Positions 30,699 to 38,839 of a stretch of DNA of 64,000 bases are shown one piece after another. The position numbers and the translations under genes are program-made. The notes below the pieces were generated by a model. The model did not search any database. It saw only the letters and a list, made by a program, of their open reading frames with translations, and was not told where the DNA came from. Position 1 is the stretch's first letter. Each line of letters starts with the position of its first letter. The DNA is from Mycobacterium sp. (lineage in GTDB: Bacteria; Actinomycetota; Actinomycetes; Mycobacteriales; Mycobacteriaceae), in NCBI RefSeq assembly GCF_004298145.1, contig NZ_SCRH01000030.1, positions 68,526 through 132,525 of the forward strand. Reading direction: 5' to 3'.

Positions 30699-32048
30699 AT
30701 GCCAGGCAGTCTTGGCGACCTGAAAAGGATCGTCGGATCCAACCACGTCGTCACCGACCCCGACGTGCTGGCGGCGCGCAGCGTCGACCACACCGGCCGT
30801 TATCGCGGGCGGGCCAGCGCGCTGGTGCGACCCGGCTCGGCCGAGCAGGTCGCCCAGGTGCTGCGGGTGTGCCGCGATGCCGGCGCGCACGTGACGGTGC
30901 AGGGCGGCCGGACCTCGCTGGTGGCCGGCACCGTCCCCGAACACGACGACGTGCTGTTGTCCACCGAACGGCTGCACTCCATCGGGGGCGTCGACACCGT
31001 CGAGAGCCGCATCGAGGTCGGTGCCGGAGCCACCCTGGCCGCGGTGCAACAGACCGCAGCCGCGGCCGGCCTGGTGTTCGGCGTGGATCTGGCCGCCCGC
31101 GACACCGCGACCGTCGGCGGCATGGCGTCGACCAACGCCGGCGGCCTGCGCACCGTCCGCTACGGCAACATGGGCGAGCAGGTCATCGGCGTGCAGGTCG
31201 CGCTGCCCGACGGCTCGCTGCTGCGTCGGCACAGCCGGGTGCGCAGGGACAACACCGGCTACGACCTTCCGGCGCTGTTCGTGGGCGCCGAAGGGACGCT
31301 GGGCGTCATCACCGGGCTGGACCTGCGGCTGCACGCCATCCCCCCGCACCGGGTGACGGCGATCTGCGGGTTCGCCGATCTGGACGCGCTGGTGGCCGCC
31401 GGCCGGGTCTTTCGCGACGTGGACGGCATCGCGGCCCTGGAATTGATCGACGGCCGGGCCGCCGCGCTGACCCGCGAGCATCGCGGGGTGGGGGCCCCGG
31501 TCACCGGCGACTGGCTGTTGCTGGTGGAGTTGGCCGCCGATCATGACCAGACCGAGCGCCTCGCCGGTCTGCTCGAGGACGTGCCGATGTGCGGCGAGCC
31601 GGCGGTGGGTGTGGATCTTGCCGCGCAGCAACGGCTTTGGCAGGTCCGCGAATCACTCGCCGAGGTGCTCGGTGTGTACGGGCCACCGCTGAAGTTCGAC
31701 GTCTCGCTGCCGTTGTCGACGATCGGCGAATTCGAAAGACACGCAGTCGATTTGGTCGGCACCCACGCCCCCGAGGCGCTGCCGGTGCTGTTCGGACATG
31801 TCGGTGAGGGCAACCTGCATCTGAACGTGTTGCGTTGCCCTGCCGACCGGGAGCGCGACCTCTACGAGCCGATGATGGAACTCATCGCGCGATCGGGCGG
31901 CAATGTCAGCTCCGAGCACGGCGTCGGCAGCCGCAAGCGGCCCTACCTCGGCATGTCACGCGAGCCCGCCGACATCGCCGCGATGCGGACGCTCAAGGCC
32001 GCGCTGGATCCGACGGGCTATCTCAACGCCGCGGTGTTGTTCGACTGA
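30699..32048 (+). CDS. FAD-binding oxidoreductase, D-2-hydroxyacid oxidase type (Rv0161-like)
   Basis: QGGRTSLVAG, TVGGMASTNAGG, GAEGTLGVIT, GHVGEGNLH, SSEHGVG, DP.GYLN; 449 aa from ATG 30699. Confidence 0.9.
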   Translation: MPGSLGDLKRIVGSNHVVTDPDVLAARSVDHTGRYRGRASALVRPGSAEQVAQVLRVCRDAGAHVTVQGGRTSLVAGTVPEHDDVLLSTERLHSIGGVDTVESRIEVGAGATLAAVQQTAAAAGLVFGVDLAARDTATVGGMASTNAGGLRTVRYGNMGEQVIGVQVALPDGSLLRRHSRVRRDNTGYDLPALFVGAEGTLGVITGLDLRLHAIPPHRVTAICGFADLDALVAAGRVFRDVDGIAALELIDGRAAALTREHRGVGAPVTGDWLLLVELAADHDQTERLAGLLEDVPMCGEPAVGVDLAAQQRLWQVRESLAEVLGVYGPPLKFDVSLPLSTIGEFERHAVDLVGTHAPEALPVLFGHVGEGNLHLNVLRCPADRERDLYEPMMELIARSGGNVSSEHGVGSRKRPYLGMSREPADIAAMRTLKAALDPTGYLNAAVLFD

Positions 32049-32059
32049 TCACGCATTCG

Positions 32060-32122
32060 CCGCGAGAGTGCAAGTACCGACGCTGCTACTCGGGAAATGC
32101 GTCGCCCGTTGCACTCTCGCGG
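32060..32122. terminator. Long inverted repeat between convergent genes at the left edge of the catabolic block
   Basis: CCGCGAGAGTGCAA (32060-32073) / TTGCACTCTCGCGG (32109-32122), with an inner CGACGC/GCGTCG stem. Confidence 0.65.
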
Positions 32123-32131
32123 GAGATCCGC

Positions 32132-32677
32132 TCAACTGCCCTTGATGCCGACCGCGTGCCTCAGCTGCGCCAGGAACTGTTCGGCGTCGTCGCTGCGCAC
32201 GATGTAGTGCGAGATCGCGATCCGGATCACCGTCGCCGCTTTCACCGCGGCGTTGGGTCCGGGGAGGTGCCGTTGCAGGCCTTCGCGCATCTGCGGGATG
32301 ACCCAGGAGAACTGGGCGATGGTGTGCTCGGGCTCGACGTCGACCATGCGCACCCCGGAGTACGAATGCTGGTAATCGACGATGAAGCGCAGCACGGCGT
32401 CCAGCTTGTCCACGCCCTTGAGGCCCGCGGTGGCCTTGATCAGGCCGCTTTCGAAGATCTGTCGCTCGTAGCTCGAAAACGCCGACAGCAACTCCTCTTT
32501 GGAGGCGAACCAGCGGTACAGCGTCGGGCGGGAGACGCCCGCCTGGGTGGCCACGTCGGACAGGCTGAGCTTGGTCTTGCCGTTTCGGCCGAGCACCTCG
32601 GCGGTGGCCGCCAGGATGCGCTGACGGGTCGAGGTGTCGGTGTCGGCGATCGTCGCCGCCCGGGCCGGCTGGCTCAT
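32132..32677 (-). CDS. TetR family regulator (candidate regulator of the catabolic block)
   Basis: RQRILAATAEVL...LSLSDVATQAGVSRPTLYRWFASKEELL. Confidence 0.92.
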   Translation of the reverse strand: MSQPARAATIADTDTSTRQRILAATAEVLGRNGKTKLSLSDVATQAGVSRPTLYRWFASKEELLSAFSSYERQIFESGLIKATAGLKGVDKLDAVLRFIVDYQHSYSGVRMVDVEPEHTIAQFSWVIPQMREGLQRHLPGPNAAVKAATVIRIAISHYIVRSDDAEQFLAQLRHAVGIKGS

Positions 32678-32719
32678 GATGCACGCTTTACGAGGTGTGT
32701 CATGGTTTTCGCCTCCACG

Positions 32720-33541
32720 TTAGGCCCGAGGGGGGCGCCGGCGCACCAGCACCGACTGCTGGATGGCGCCGACCGCGCCCTGCTCGTCGAACAATGTTCC
32801 GATCGTCGTCCCGATCCCGTCCGGCCCGTAGCTGGTCTCCGCCCGGATCCCGATCCATTCTCCGTCGGGGACACGAAATACGTGCACGGCCAGATCGGTG
32901 TTGAGAAACGTCCACTTGGTGATGTCGAGCTTGCTGCCGATGCCGTTGGCGCAGTCGGCCACCGCGAACAGCCGTTCCAGCTGGGTCATGGACTCGCCGT
33001 TGACCAGATCGACCGTCGGGCTGATCCACGATTCGCCGGGGCCTTCGCTGAGCGGCTCGGTCAGCCACAGCCACTGGAGACTGTGCACGTAATTGCGGTC
33101 CCAGTCCCTCGCCTTGAGGTTGCGGTCGTAGGCCTCGGTTCGGGGACGGGGCAGGGGGGCCGACGCGTGCGCCAGCACCCGCGTGTCCTGGTGCTGCAAC
33201 CGCCAGCCGCTGGCGCGCGCCACCGGCCGGGCGCCGCCGTCGGGGCCCGGGGCCAGCATCTCGGCGCTGACGAGTTCGATCTGCTTGCCGGGGCGCTGCA
33301 CGTGGGAGCGCACCCAGAGGTCACCCTCGGCCGGCACCCCGCCCAGCAGGTCGATGACGACCCTCGACAGGCGCGTGTCGTCGCGCTGTTCGCACCGCTG
33401 AAGCGCCCGCACCAGCAACGCCGACACCGGACCGCCGTGCTGGATCGCCGCCGACCAGGTGCCGCGCGCCAGATCGGTCGCCCGGAACTTCTCACCCGGC
33501 GCGTCGGCCGGGTCGATCAGCTCGTAGTAGGCGTCGGTCAT
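32720..33541 (-). CDS. Double-hotdog thioesterase family protein
   Basis: GTWSAAIQHGGPVSALL, ADCANG, FLNTDLAVH, W.G......GPDGIG; start ATG 33541 or TTG 33547. Confidence 0.85.
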   Translation of the reverse strand: MTDAYYELIDPADAPGEKFRATDLARGTWSAAIQHGGPVSALLVRALQRCEQRDDTRLSRVVIDLLGGVPAEGDLWVRSHVQRPGKQIELVSAEMLAPGPDGGARPVARASGWRLQHQDTRVLAHASAPLPRPRTEAYDRNLKARDWDRNYVHSLQWLWLTEPLSEGPGESWISPTVDLVNGESMTQLERLFAVADCANGIGSKLDITKWTFLNTDLAVHVFRVPDGEWIGIRAETSYGPDGIGTTIGTLFDEQGAVGAIQQSVLVRRRPPRA

Positions 33542-33560
33542 CGTCAACCTCTTCGGAGTG

Positions 33561-34388
33561 TCAGGGCAGGCCGGCGCCGGGAGTGGTCACCGTGACGGCG
33601 TCCAGCCGGGAAAGCCGGGTGCCGACCAGGCGCTGGGGATACGCTTCGGTGCTCGACAACAGAAACAGCGTGCGGCGCTGCGGGCCGCCGAGGGCGCACG
33701 CGATGGCGATGCGGTCGCCCATGTCGATGCGGTCCGTCACGTCGCCGCCGGCCACGATCCGCTCGAACTGATGGGCCAGGGTCATCGCCACCCATACGCC
33801 CCCTTCGGCGTCCAGCGCGATGCCGTCGGGCGGCCCGTCCAGTCCCTCGGCAAAGATCCGCCGGTCGGTCAGTCCACCGTCATCGCCGATGGAAAACGCG
33901 CTCAGCCGCCGGCCCGTCGATTCGGCGACGATCAGCGTCCCGCGGTCCGGGGTGATCGCCATTCCGTTGGGGAAGTCGAGGTCATCGGCCACGATAGTGG
34001 CCCCGGTGGCGTTGTCGTCGGGGTCGAGGCGGATGATGACGCCGCCGCGCAGCGCCTGGCATCCGATGTAGGCCCGGCCCACGTGGTCGATGACCATGTC
34101 ACCGAGGTTGGCCGGCGCCACGTCGGCGAGATCGGCGATGGTGACGACGGTTTCGCCGTCATAGCGCAGCACCTGCCGGTCCTCCGTGGAAGCGATCAGC
34201 AGCGACCCGTCGGGACGGAAGCCCAGACCCGACGGCGAGTGCCCGGGCAGCGGCAGCGTGGTCAGCGCGCCGCCCATGGTCGAGGTGTGGACCGCTTCGC
34301 CCAGCATGTCGGAGAACCACAGCAGGCCCTCGAACCAGCGCGGCCCCTCGCCGAAGCAGAACCCGTTGGCCAGCGGCTCGGGAATCAT
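33561..34388 (-). CDS. SMP-30/gluconolactonase/LRE family beta-propeller hydrolase
   Basis: FGEGPRW, WFSD, NLGDM, FPNGMAITPD, PDGIALD.EGGVWVA. Confidence 0.9.
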   Translation of the reverse strand: MIPEPLANGFCFGEGPRWFEGLLWFSDMLGEAVHTSTMGGALTTLPLPGHSPSGLGFRPDGSLLIASTEDRQVLRYDGETVVTIADLADVAPANLGDMVIDHVGRAYIGCQALRGGVIIRLDPDDNATGATIVADDLDFPNGMAITPDRGTLIVAESTGRRLSAFSIGDDGGLTDRRIFAEGLDGPPDGIALDAEGGVWVAMTLAHQFERIVAGGDVTDRIDMGDRIAIACALGGPQRRTLFLLSSTEAYPQRLVGTRLSRLDAVTVTTPGAGLP

Positions 34389-34415
34389 CCGCTCATGCCT
34401 CTGGCCAACCTTCCG

Positions 34416-34441
34416 CTTTACAAAACACCGAAAAAGTGTCA
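34416..34441. promoter_or_regulatory. Catabolic-block operator candidate, copy 1
   Basis: CTTTACAAA-ACACCGAA-AAAGTGTCA; TTTACA-N14-TGTCA. Confidence 0.65.
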
Positions 34442-34460
34442 TGCACCGCGGGTGCCGGTG

Positions 34461-34937
34461 TCAATCTGCCGATCGGGCGAGTTCGGTCGCGACGGCCTCG
34501 TGGTACGCGTCGATCCTCGCCGGGTTGGCCTGGATGAATAGCTGATCGGGCAGGGGCGCATGCCGGTACGCCTCGATCGTCATGGTCCGGGAGAACAGCG
34601 TGACGTCCTGGCCCGGCCTGGTGAAGTGGTAGGACACGGTGATCCGGCCCTCCATCCCGCCGTTCCCGTCGCGATCATGGCCCAGGCGGCCGATCGAGGT
34701 GAACACGAACAGGGTCGGGCGCACGGCGGCGGCCAGCTGCCAGCTGAAGATCCGGTTGCCGTCGGGTCCCGCTTCCTCCCAGGTGTCACCGACCTTGAGG
34801 GGCAGCTCCGGCAAGCCGCCGATGTGCGCGCTGCCGGGGTAGGTCTTGGCCCAGTTGGCCGGGTTGGTGACGAAGTCGTACACGGTCTCGGCGGACTGCG
34901 TGAACGCGGTCTCTGAAGTGGTGGTCACGATACCCAA
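34461..34937 (-). CDS. SRPBCC (START/polyketide cyclase) family protein
   Basis: AETVYDFVTNPANW..TYP, LKVGD.W.E; helix-grip pattern. Confidence 0.72.
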   Translation of the reverse strand: MGIVTTTSETAFTQSAETVYDFVTNPANWAKTYPGSAHIGGLPELPLKVGDTWEEAGPDGNRIFSWQLAAAVRPTLFVFTSIGRLGHDRDGNGGMEGRITVSYHFTRPGQDVTLFSRTMTIEAYRHAPLPDQLFIQANPARIDAYHEAVATELARSAD

Positions 34938-35003
34938 AGGTGTTGTCTCCCTGTGTGTTCCGTTGGCGGGTTCATCGGCTGGGCCGCGGTCTTGTTAGCC
35001 AAG

Positions 35004-35029
35004 CTTTACAAATCCTACTCAAAGTGTCA
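35004..35029. promoter_or_regulatory. Catabolic-block operator candidate, copy 2
   Basis: CTTTACAAA-TCCTACTC-AAAGTGTCA, between the divergent SRPBCC and thioesterase II genes. Confidence 0.65.
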
Positions 35030-35069
35030 CGCTGAGCCGAGTGCTGTCAGTGCGAGAGGTGGAGCGGAT

Positions 35070-35960
35070 TTGACGAAAGCTTCCGAGGAATCCGAGCAGA
35101 CCGAGTGGACGGTGCAGGGCCTGCTGGACCTGTTCGACGTGCGGGCCGACGGGCAAGACCGGTTCACCGGTGACACCGGGATCGCCGCCGGCGACGAACG
35201 CCAGGTGGTGGAGGGCACCCAGGTGCTCGCCCAGGCGATTGTCGCGGCGGCCAAACGATTTCCGGACAAGTCGGTGCGCTCGGCGCACGCGGTGTTCTCC
35301 CGTGCCGTGACCGTCGGGCCGTCGATCGAGCTGGTGCTCGACGTCGTGGCCGAGGGCCGGTCCACCGCGACCGCCGTCGTCGCCGTGCATCAGAACGGCC
35401 GGCGCTGCCTGAGCATCACGGTGCTGGCCGATGTCCCGACCGCCGATGTCATCCGTCACCACTTGCCGCGGCCCGACGTCGCCGCGCCGGCCGACGCGCA
35501 CCACTCCCCGATGCCGATGGTCGGACGCGAGCTGCGCCTGGTGGACGTCGTCGACGTGAACAGCCCCGAGGAGGTCGGCCCGCCGGAGCTCTACGCGTGG
35601 CTGCACTACGACCCGATCCCGACCCGCGACGACCTGGCCAAGGCGCTGCTGGCGTACTTCACCGGCCACCTGGGCATCTCCACCACCATGCGCGCGCACC
35701 CGGGCATCGGCACCGCCCAGGCGCACCTGACCGTGTCCACCGCACCGATGAGCATCTCGGTCGCCTTCCACGAGCCGGTGCGCTGGGACGGGTGGCTGCT
35801 CTACACGCACGAGAGCACTCAGGTCGGCGCTGGAATGTCCTACGTGCGTGGGGCTGTGCACTCCGAGGAGGGTGAGCTGCTGGCGTCCTTCGCGCAGGAG
35901 GCGCTGATCCGCCCGCTGCGGACCAGCGATACCGCGATCGATTCCCGCGCACGCTTCTGA
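35070..35960 (+). CDS. Acyl-CoA thioesterase II (TesB-like)
   Basis: LLDLFDV, VEGTQVLAQAIVAAA, SV.S.H..F, FHEP..WDGWLLY, GELLASFAQEAL; TTG 35070 after GAGGTGGAG. Confidence 0.82.
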   Translation: MTKASEESEQTEWTVQGLLDLFDVRADGQDRFTGDTGIAAGDERQVVEGTQVLAQAIVAAAKRFPDKSVRSAHAVFSRAVTVGPSIELVLDVVAEGRSTATAVVAVHQNGRRCLSITVLADVPTADVIRHHLPRPDVAAPADAHHSPMPMVGRELRLVDVVDVNSPEEVGPPELYAWLHYDPIPTRDDLAKALLAYFTGHLGISTTMRAHPGIGTAQAHLTVSTAPMSISVAFHEPVRWDGWLLYTHESTQVGAGMSYVRGAVHSEEGELLASFAQEALIRPLRTSDTAIDSRARF

Positions 35961-35965
35961 CGGCC

Positions 35966-36886
35966 ATGTACTTCACCATCACCCACCCCATGCACAGCTA
36001 TCCCTACAATCCGGAGCTGGTGAGTGGGGACGGCATCGGAAAGGTGGCCGCCGCCGCCGAGGCGGCCGGCATCCACGGCTTCGGCTTCACCGACCATCCC
36101 GCACCGTCGCAGCGCTGGCTGGAGGCCGGCGGCCACGACGCGGTGGATCCCTTTGTCGCTTTGAGCTTCGCGGCGGCCGCGACGACCACGCTGCGGCTGA
36201 TCCCTAACATCGTGGTGCTGCCGTACCGAAACCCGTTCGTGGTGGCCAAATCCGGCGCCACCCTGGATCTGCTCTCCGGGGGCCGTTTCACGCTCGCGGT
36301 CGGTTTGGGCTACCTCAAGCGCGAGTTCGCGGCGCTGGGGGTCAGCTACGACGAGCGCGCCGAGCTCTTCGAGGAATCCCTGCAGGTAATCCGGGCGATC
36401 TGGACCGGCGACGACATCACCTTCGAGGGAAAGCATTTCAGCGCGCGCGGCATCACCGCGCATCCCCGGCCCGTCAGCCGCCCGCATCCGCCGATCTGGA
36501 TCGGCGGCAACACCACGACCGCCCGGCAACGGGTCGCGCAATACGGCGACGGCTGGTGCCCGTTCCCCGCCCCGCCACAACTGGCCCAGACGGCGGGTAC
36601 CGCGGCCATCACTTCCACCGAGGAGCTCTCGGTGGCCATCGACGATCTGCGGCGCCGCTGTGAGGGAATCGGAAAAGACTGGTCCGCATTGGATATAACC
36701 TTCACCAGCTTCGAGGGCGGCAGTCCCGCCGATGACGCGTTCAACGCCGACGCCTACCTGGACGGCCTGGACAAGCTGGCCAAGCTGGGCGTCACCTGGG
36801 TCAGTGTCCACCTACCCGGCGACAGCATGACGCATGCACTCGAGACTCTCGACCGTTTCCGCACCCTCGTGATCGACGCGGCCTGA
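35966..36886 (+). CDS. LLM-class F420-dependent oxidoreductase
   Basis: FTDHPAP, DPFVALSFAAAATTTLRL, LPYRNP, ATLDLLSGGRF, HPPIWIGG, DGW.P. Confidence 0.88.
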   Translation: MYFTITHPMHSYPYNPELVSGDGIGKVAAAAEAAGIHGFGFTDHPAPSQRWLEAGGHDAVDPFVALSFAAAATTTLRLIPNIVVLPYRNPFVVAKSGATLDLLSGGRFTLAVGLGYLKREFAALGVSYDERAELFEESLQVIRAIWTGDDITFEGKHFSARGITAHPRPVSRPHPPIWIGGNTTTARQRVAQYGDGWCPFPAPPQLAQTAGTAAITSTEELSVAIDDLRRRCEGIGKDWSALDITFTSFEGGSPADDAFNADAYLDGLDKLAKLGVTWVSVHLPGDSMTHALETLDRFRTLVIDAA

Positions 36887-38062
36887 ATGGACTTCTCCCG
36901 TGTGGCGCTCTCACCCGAGGACCAGGATTTCCACGATCAGTTCCGGGAGTTCATCACCGAACATGTCACCGACGAGGTGCGGCGGCGCGATCGTGAGACC
37001 GGTGAAAACTTCAGTGAGCAAGTGCATTTGGCATTGGGCGAAGCGGGTTATCTGGCGTCGGACTGGAGGCTGGAGTCCGAAGGCGGCTTCGATCCGGTGC
37101 GGCGCCGGATCTTCCACCTCGAGATCGGTCGCGCCCATGCCCCGTGGTTCCACTGGGGCACCACGGCGGTCGTCGCGCGGTTGGTGCAGCGGTTCGGGGC
37201 AGCCGAACTCGTCGACGCGGTGCTGCCGGGCGTGCTGTCCGGTGAGATCCGGCTATGCCTGGGCTACACCGAGCCCGAGGGCGGCTCCGACGTCGCCACC
37301 TGCAAGACGCGTGCCGTGCGCGACGGTGACGGATGGATCATTAACGGCTCCAAGATGTTCACCTCGAACGCGCAGAACGCCAAGTATGTCTTCCTGCTCA
37401 CCAACACCGATCCGCAGGGACGCAAGCACAAAAACCTGACCATGTTTCTGGTGCCGCTGGATTCGGCGGGCATCGAGATCCAGGGCATCCGCACGCTGGA
37501 TGGTGACCGCACCAACATCGTGTATTACAGCGACGTGCGGGTCGATGACCGCTACCGGATCGGTGAGGTCAACGGTGGCTGGACGGTGATGCGGTTCGCC
37601 CTCGACGCCGAACATGGCATCACCGATATCGAAGACCATGGCCTGCAGAATATTTCGATGCTATCAGAGCACGGCCACCTGCTGGCCGAGGCGGCCGACG
37701 GAGTCGCGGCGATCCTGTCCACGCCCGACGCGAACGGGTGGCGCCCGATCGACGACGAGTCGACGAAATATCGGCTGGGCCGCGGCATGGCCCGCATCGA
37801 GGCGGCGCTGTCGACTCCCGGAACGTACGGACGCGTGGCGCTCATCCAGACAATGCGTGAAGTCTCGCCGGAATTGATGGACATGCTAGGGGTGGCATCG
37901 GCATTGCCCACCGACACAACGGGTTCCGCGGACGACGGTGCCATCGAGTTCATCTTCCGCCACGGCGTGCCCGCCGGGATCTACGGCGGCACCATGGAGG
38001 TGTTCCGCAACATGATCGCCCAGCACGAGCTGGGGCTCGGGCGTCCGAGCTACGGCCGCTGA
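36887..38062 (+). CDS. Acyl-CoA dehydrogenase (FadE26/FadE29-like subunit)
   Basis: CLGYTEPEGGSD, INGSKMFTS, IYGGT.EVFRNMIA...LGL. Confidence 0.88.
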   Translation: MDFSRVALSPEDQDFHDQFREFITEHVTDEVRRRDRETGENFSEQVHLALGEAGYLASDWRLESEGGFDPVRRRIFHLEIGRAHAPWFHWGTTAVVARLVQRFGAAELVDAVLPGVLSGEIRLCLGYTEPEGGSDVATCKTRAVRDGDGWIINGSKMFTSNAQNAKYVFLLTNTDPQGRKHKNLTMFLVPLDSAGIEIQGIRTLDGDRTNIVYYSDVRVDDRYRIGEVNGGWTVMRFALDAEHGITDIEDHGLQNISMLSEHGHLLAEAADGVAAILSTPDANGWRPIDDESTKYRLGRGMARIEAALSTPGTYGRVALIQTMREVSPELMDMLGVASALPTDTTGSADDGAIEFIFRHGVPAGIYGGTMEVFRNMIAQHELGLGRPSYGR

Positions 38063-38742
38063 CCGGGCAGCTCGGCCAGCACGTCGACGCGGGCGTCGTC
38101 GAAACTCAGAAATCCCTTGATGGGCAGGCTTTCCGGTGGTGGATCGGGGTAACACCAGGCGACGTCCTGCACCACGCGGTCACCCGAGGCGAACGACCAA
38201 TACGTCGCAAAGCCTTTGTAGTTGCAGTAGCTCGACGTCTCGGATTGCCGCAGCAGATCGGTGCGCACGTGTGCCGGGTCGACATACAGCCTCGGCCCCA
38301 GCGCGGTCTCGAAAAGAATCATCGTGTCGTCCGTGTCGACCAGCGTGGTGCCGGCGACGCGGACGCGCAGGCGGCGTTGTGTCGGACGGCAGTCGACGCG
38401 GTGATAGGGATTGGGTGGGTAGTGGACGAGTTTGCGGCCCTCCTCGAACCAGGTGTCGACGGCGTCCCACGGGACGTGAACGAAACCCGGTGCCTCCGGC
38501 TCCGGCTCACTCGGCAGGTCGCCGACGTCGTCGGCGGCGAAGACGTAGCACAGCGGTCGGCCCCGTCGGTGCACCATCAGCGCCCGCTCGGTGTCGATCA
38601 CCCGCCGCCCGTCCCTGACCGCCTGCACGCGCCGGGGATGCGGCTCGACGTAGACCCCGATGTCCAGGCCGCCGGGTATCGCGGGCGAGAAGCGCCCCGC
38701 CGGATCGCTGCTGAGCGGACCACTTCCTGCTACCAGACTCAT
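38050..38742 (-). CDS. Tandem DUF427 protein
   Basis: EPHPRRVQA, NPYHRVDCRP, LFET.L.PR.Y, S.CNYKG.A.YW, DVAWCYPDP; TAGGCT -10 7 nt before ATG (leaderless). Confidence 0.85.
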   Translation of the reverse strand: MSLVAGSGPLSSDPAGRFSPAIPGGLDIGVYVEPHPRRVQAVRDGRRVIDTERALMVHRRGRPLCYVFAADDVGDLPSEPEPEAPGFVHVPWDAVDTWFEEGRKLVHYPPNPYHRVDCRPTQRRLRVRVAGTTLVDTDDTMILFETALGPRLYVDPAHVRTDLLRQSETSSYCNYKGFATYWSFASGDRVVQDVAWCYPDPPPESLPIKGFLSFDDARVDVLAELPGQRP

Positions 38743-38769
38743 GAAGCCAAGCCTAGAAGGCCGTCCGGC

Positions 38770-38817
38770 GTGGGGCCTATGCACCAAATTGGGGCAGTTC
38801 CGGTGCATAGCGCCCAC
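38770..38817. repeat. 16-bp imperfect inverted repeat between divergent leaderless genes
   Basis: GTGGGGCCTATGCACC-N16-GGTGCATAGCGCCCAC (14/16 pairing). Confidence 0.6.
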
Positions 38818-38839
38818 ACTCGGCGCCTAGGGTAAACCC

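Noticed and set aside
28898-30793. 631-aa minus-strand ORF and similar long antisense ORFs (for example 11876-13378, 58079-59818, 31835-33595, 42416-43735)
   Set aside because: They are shadows of well-supported genes in high-GC DNA, with no family motifs and R/G/A/P-rich composition.
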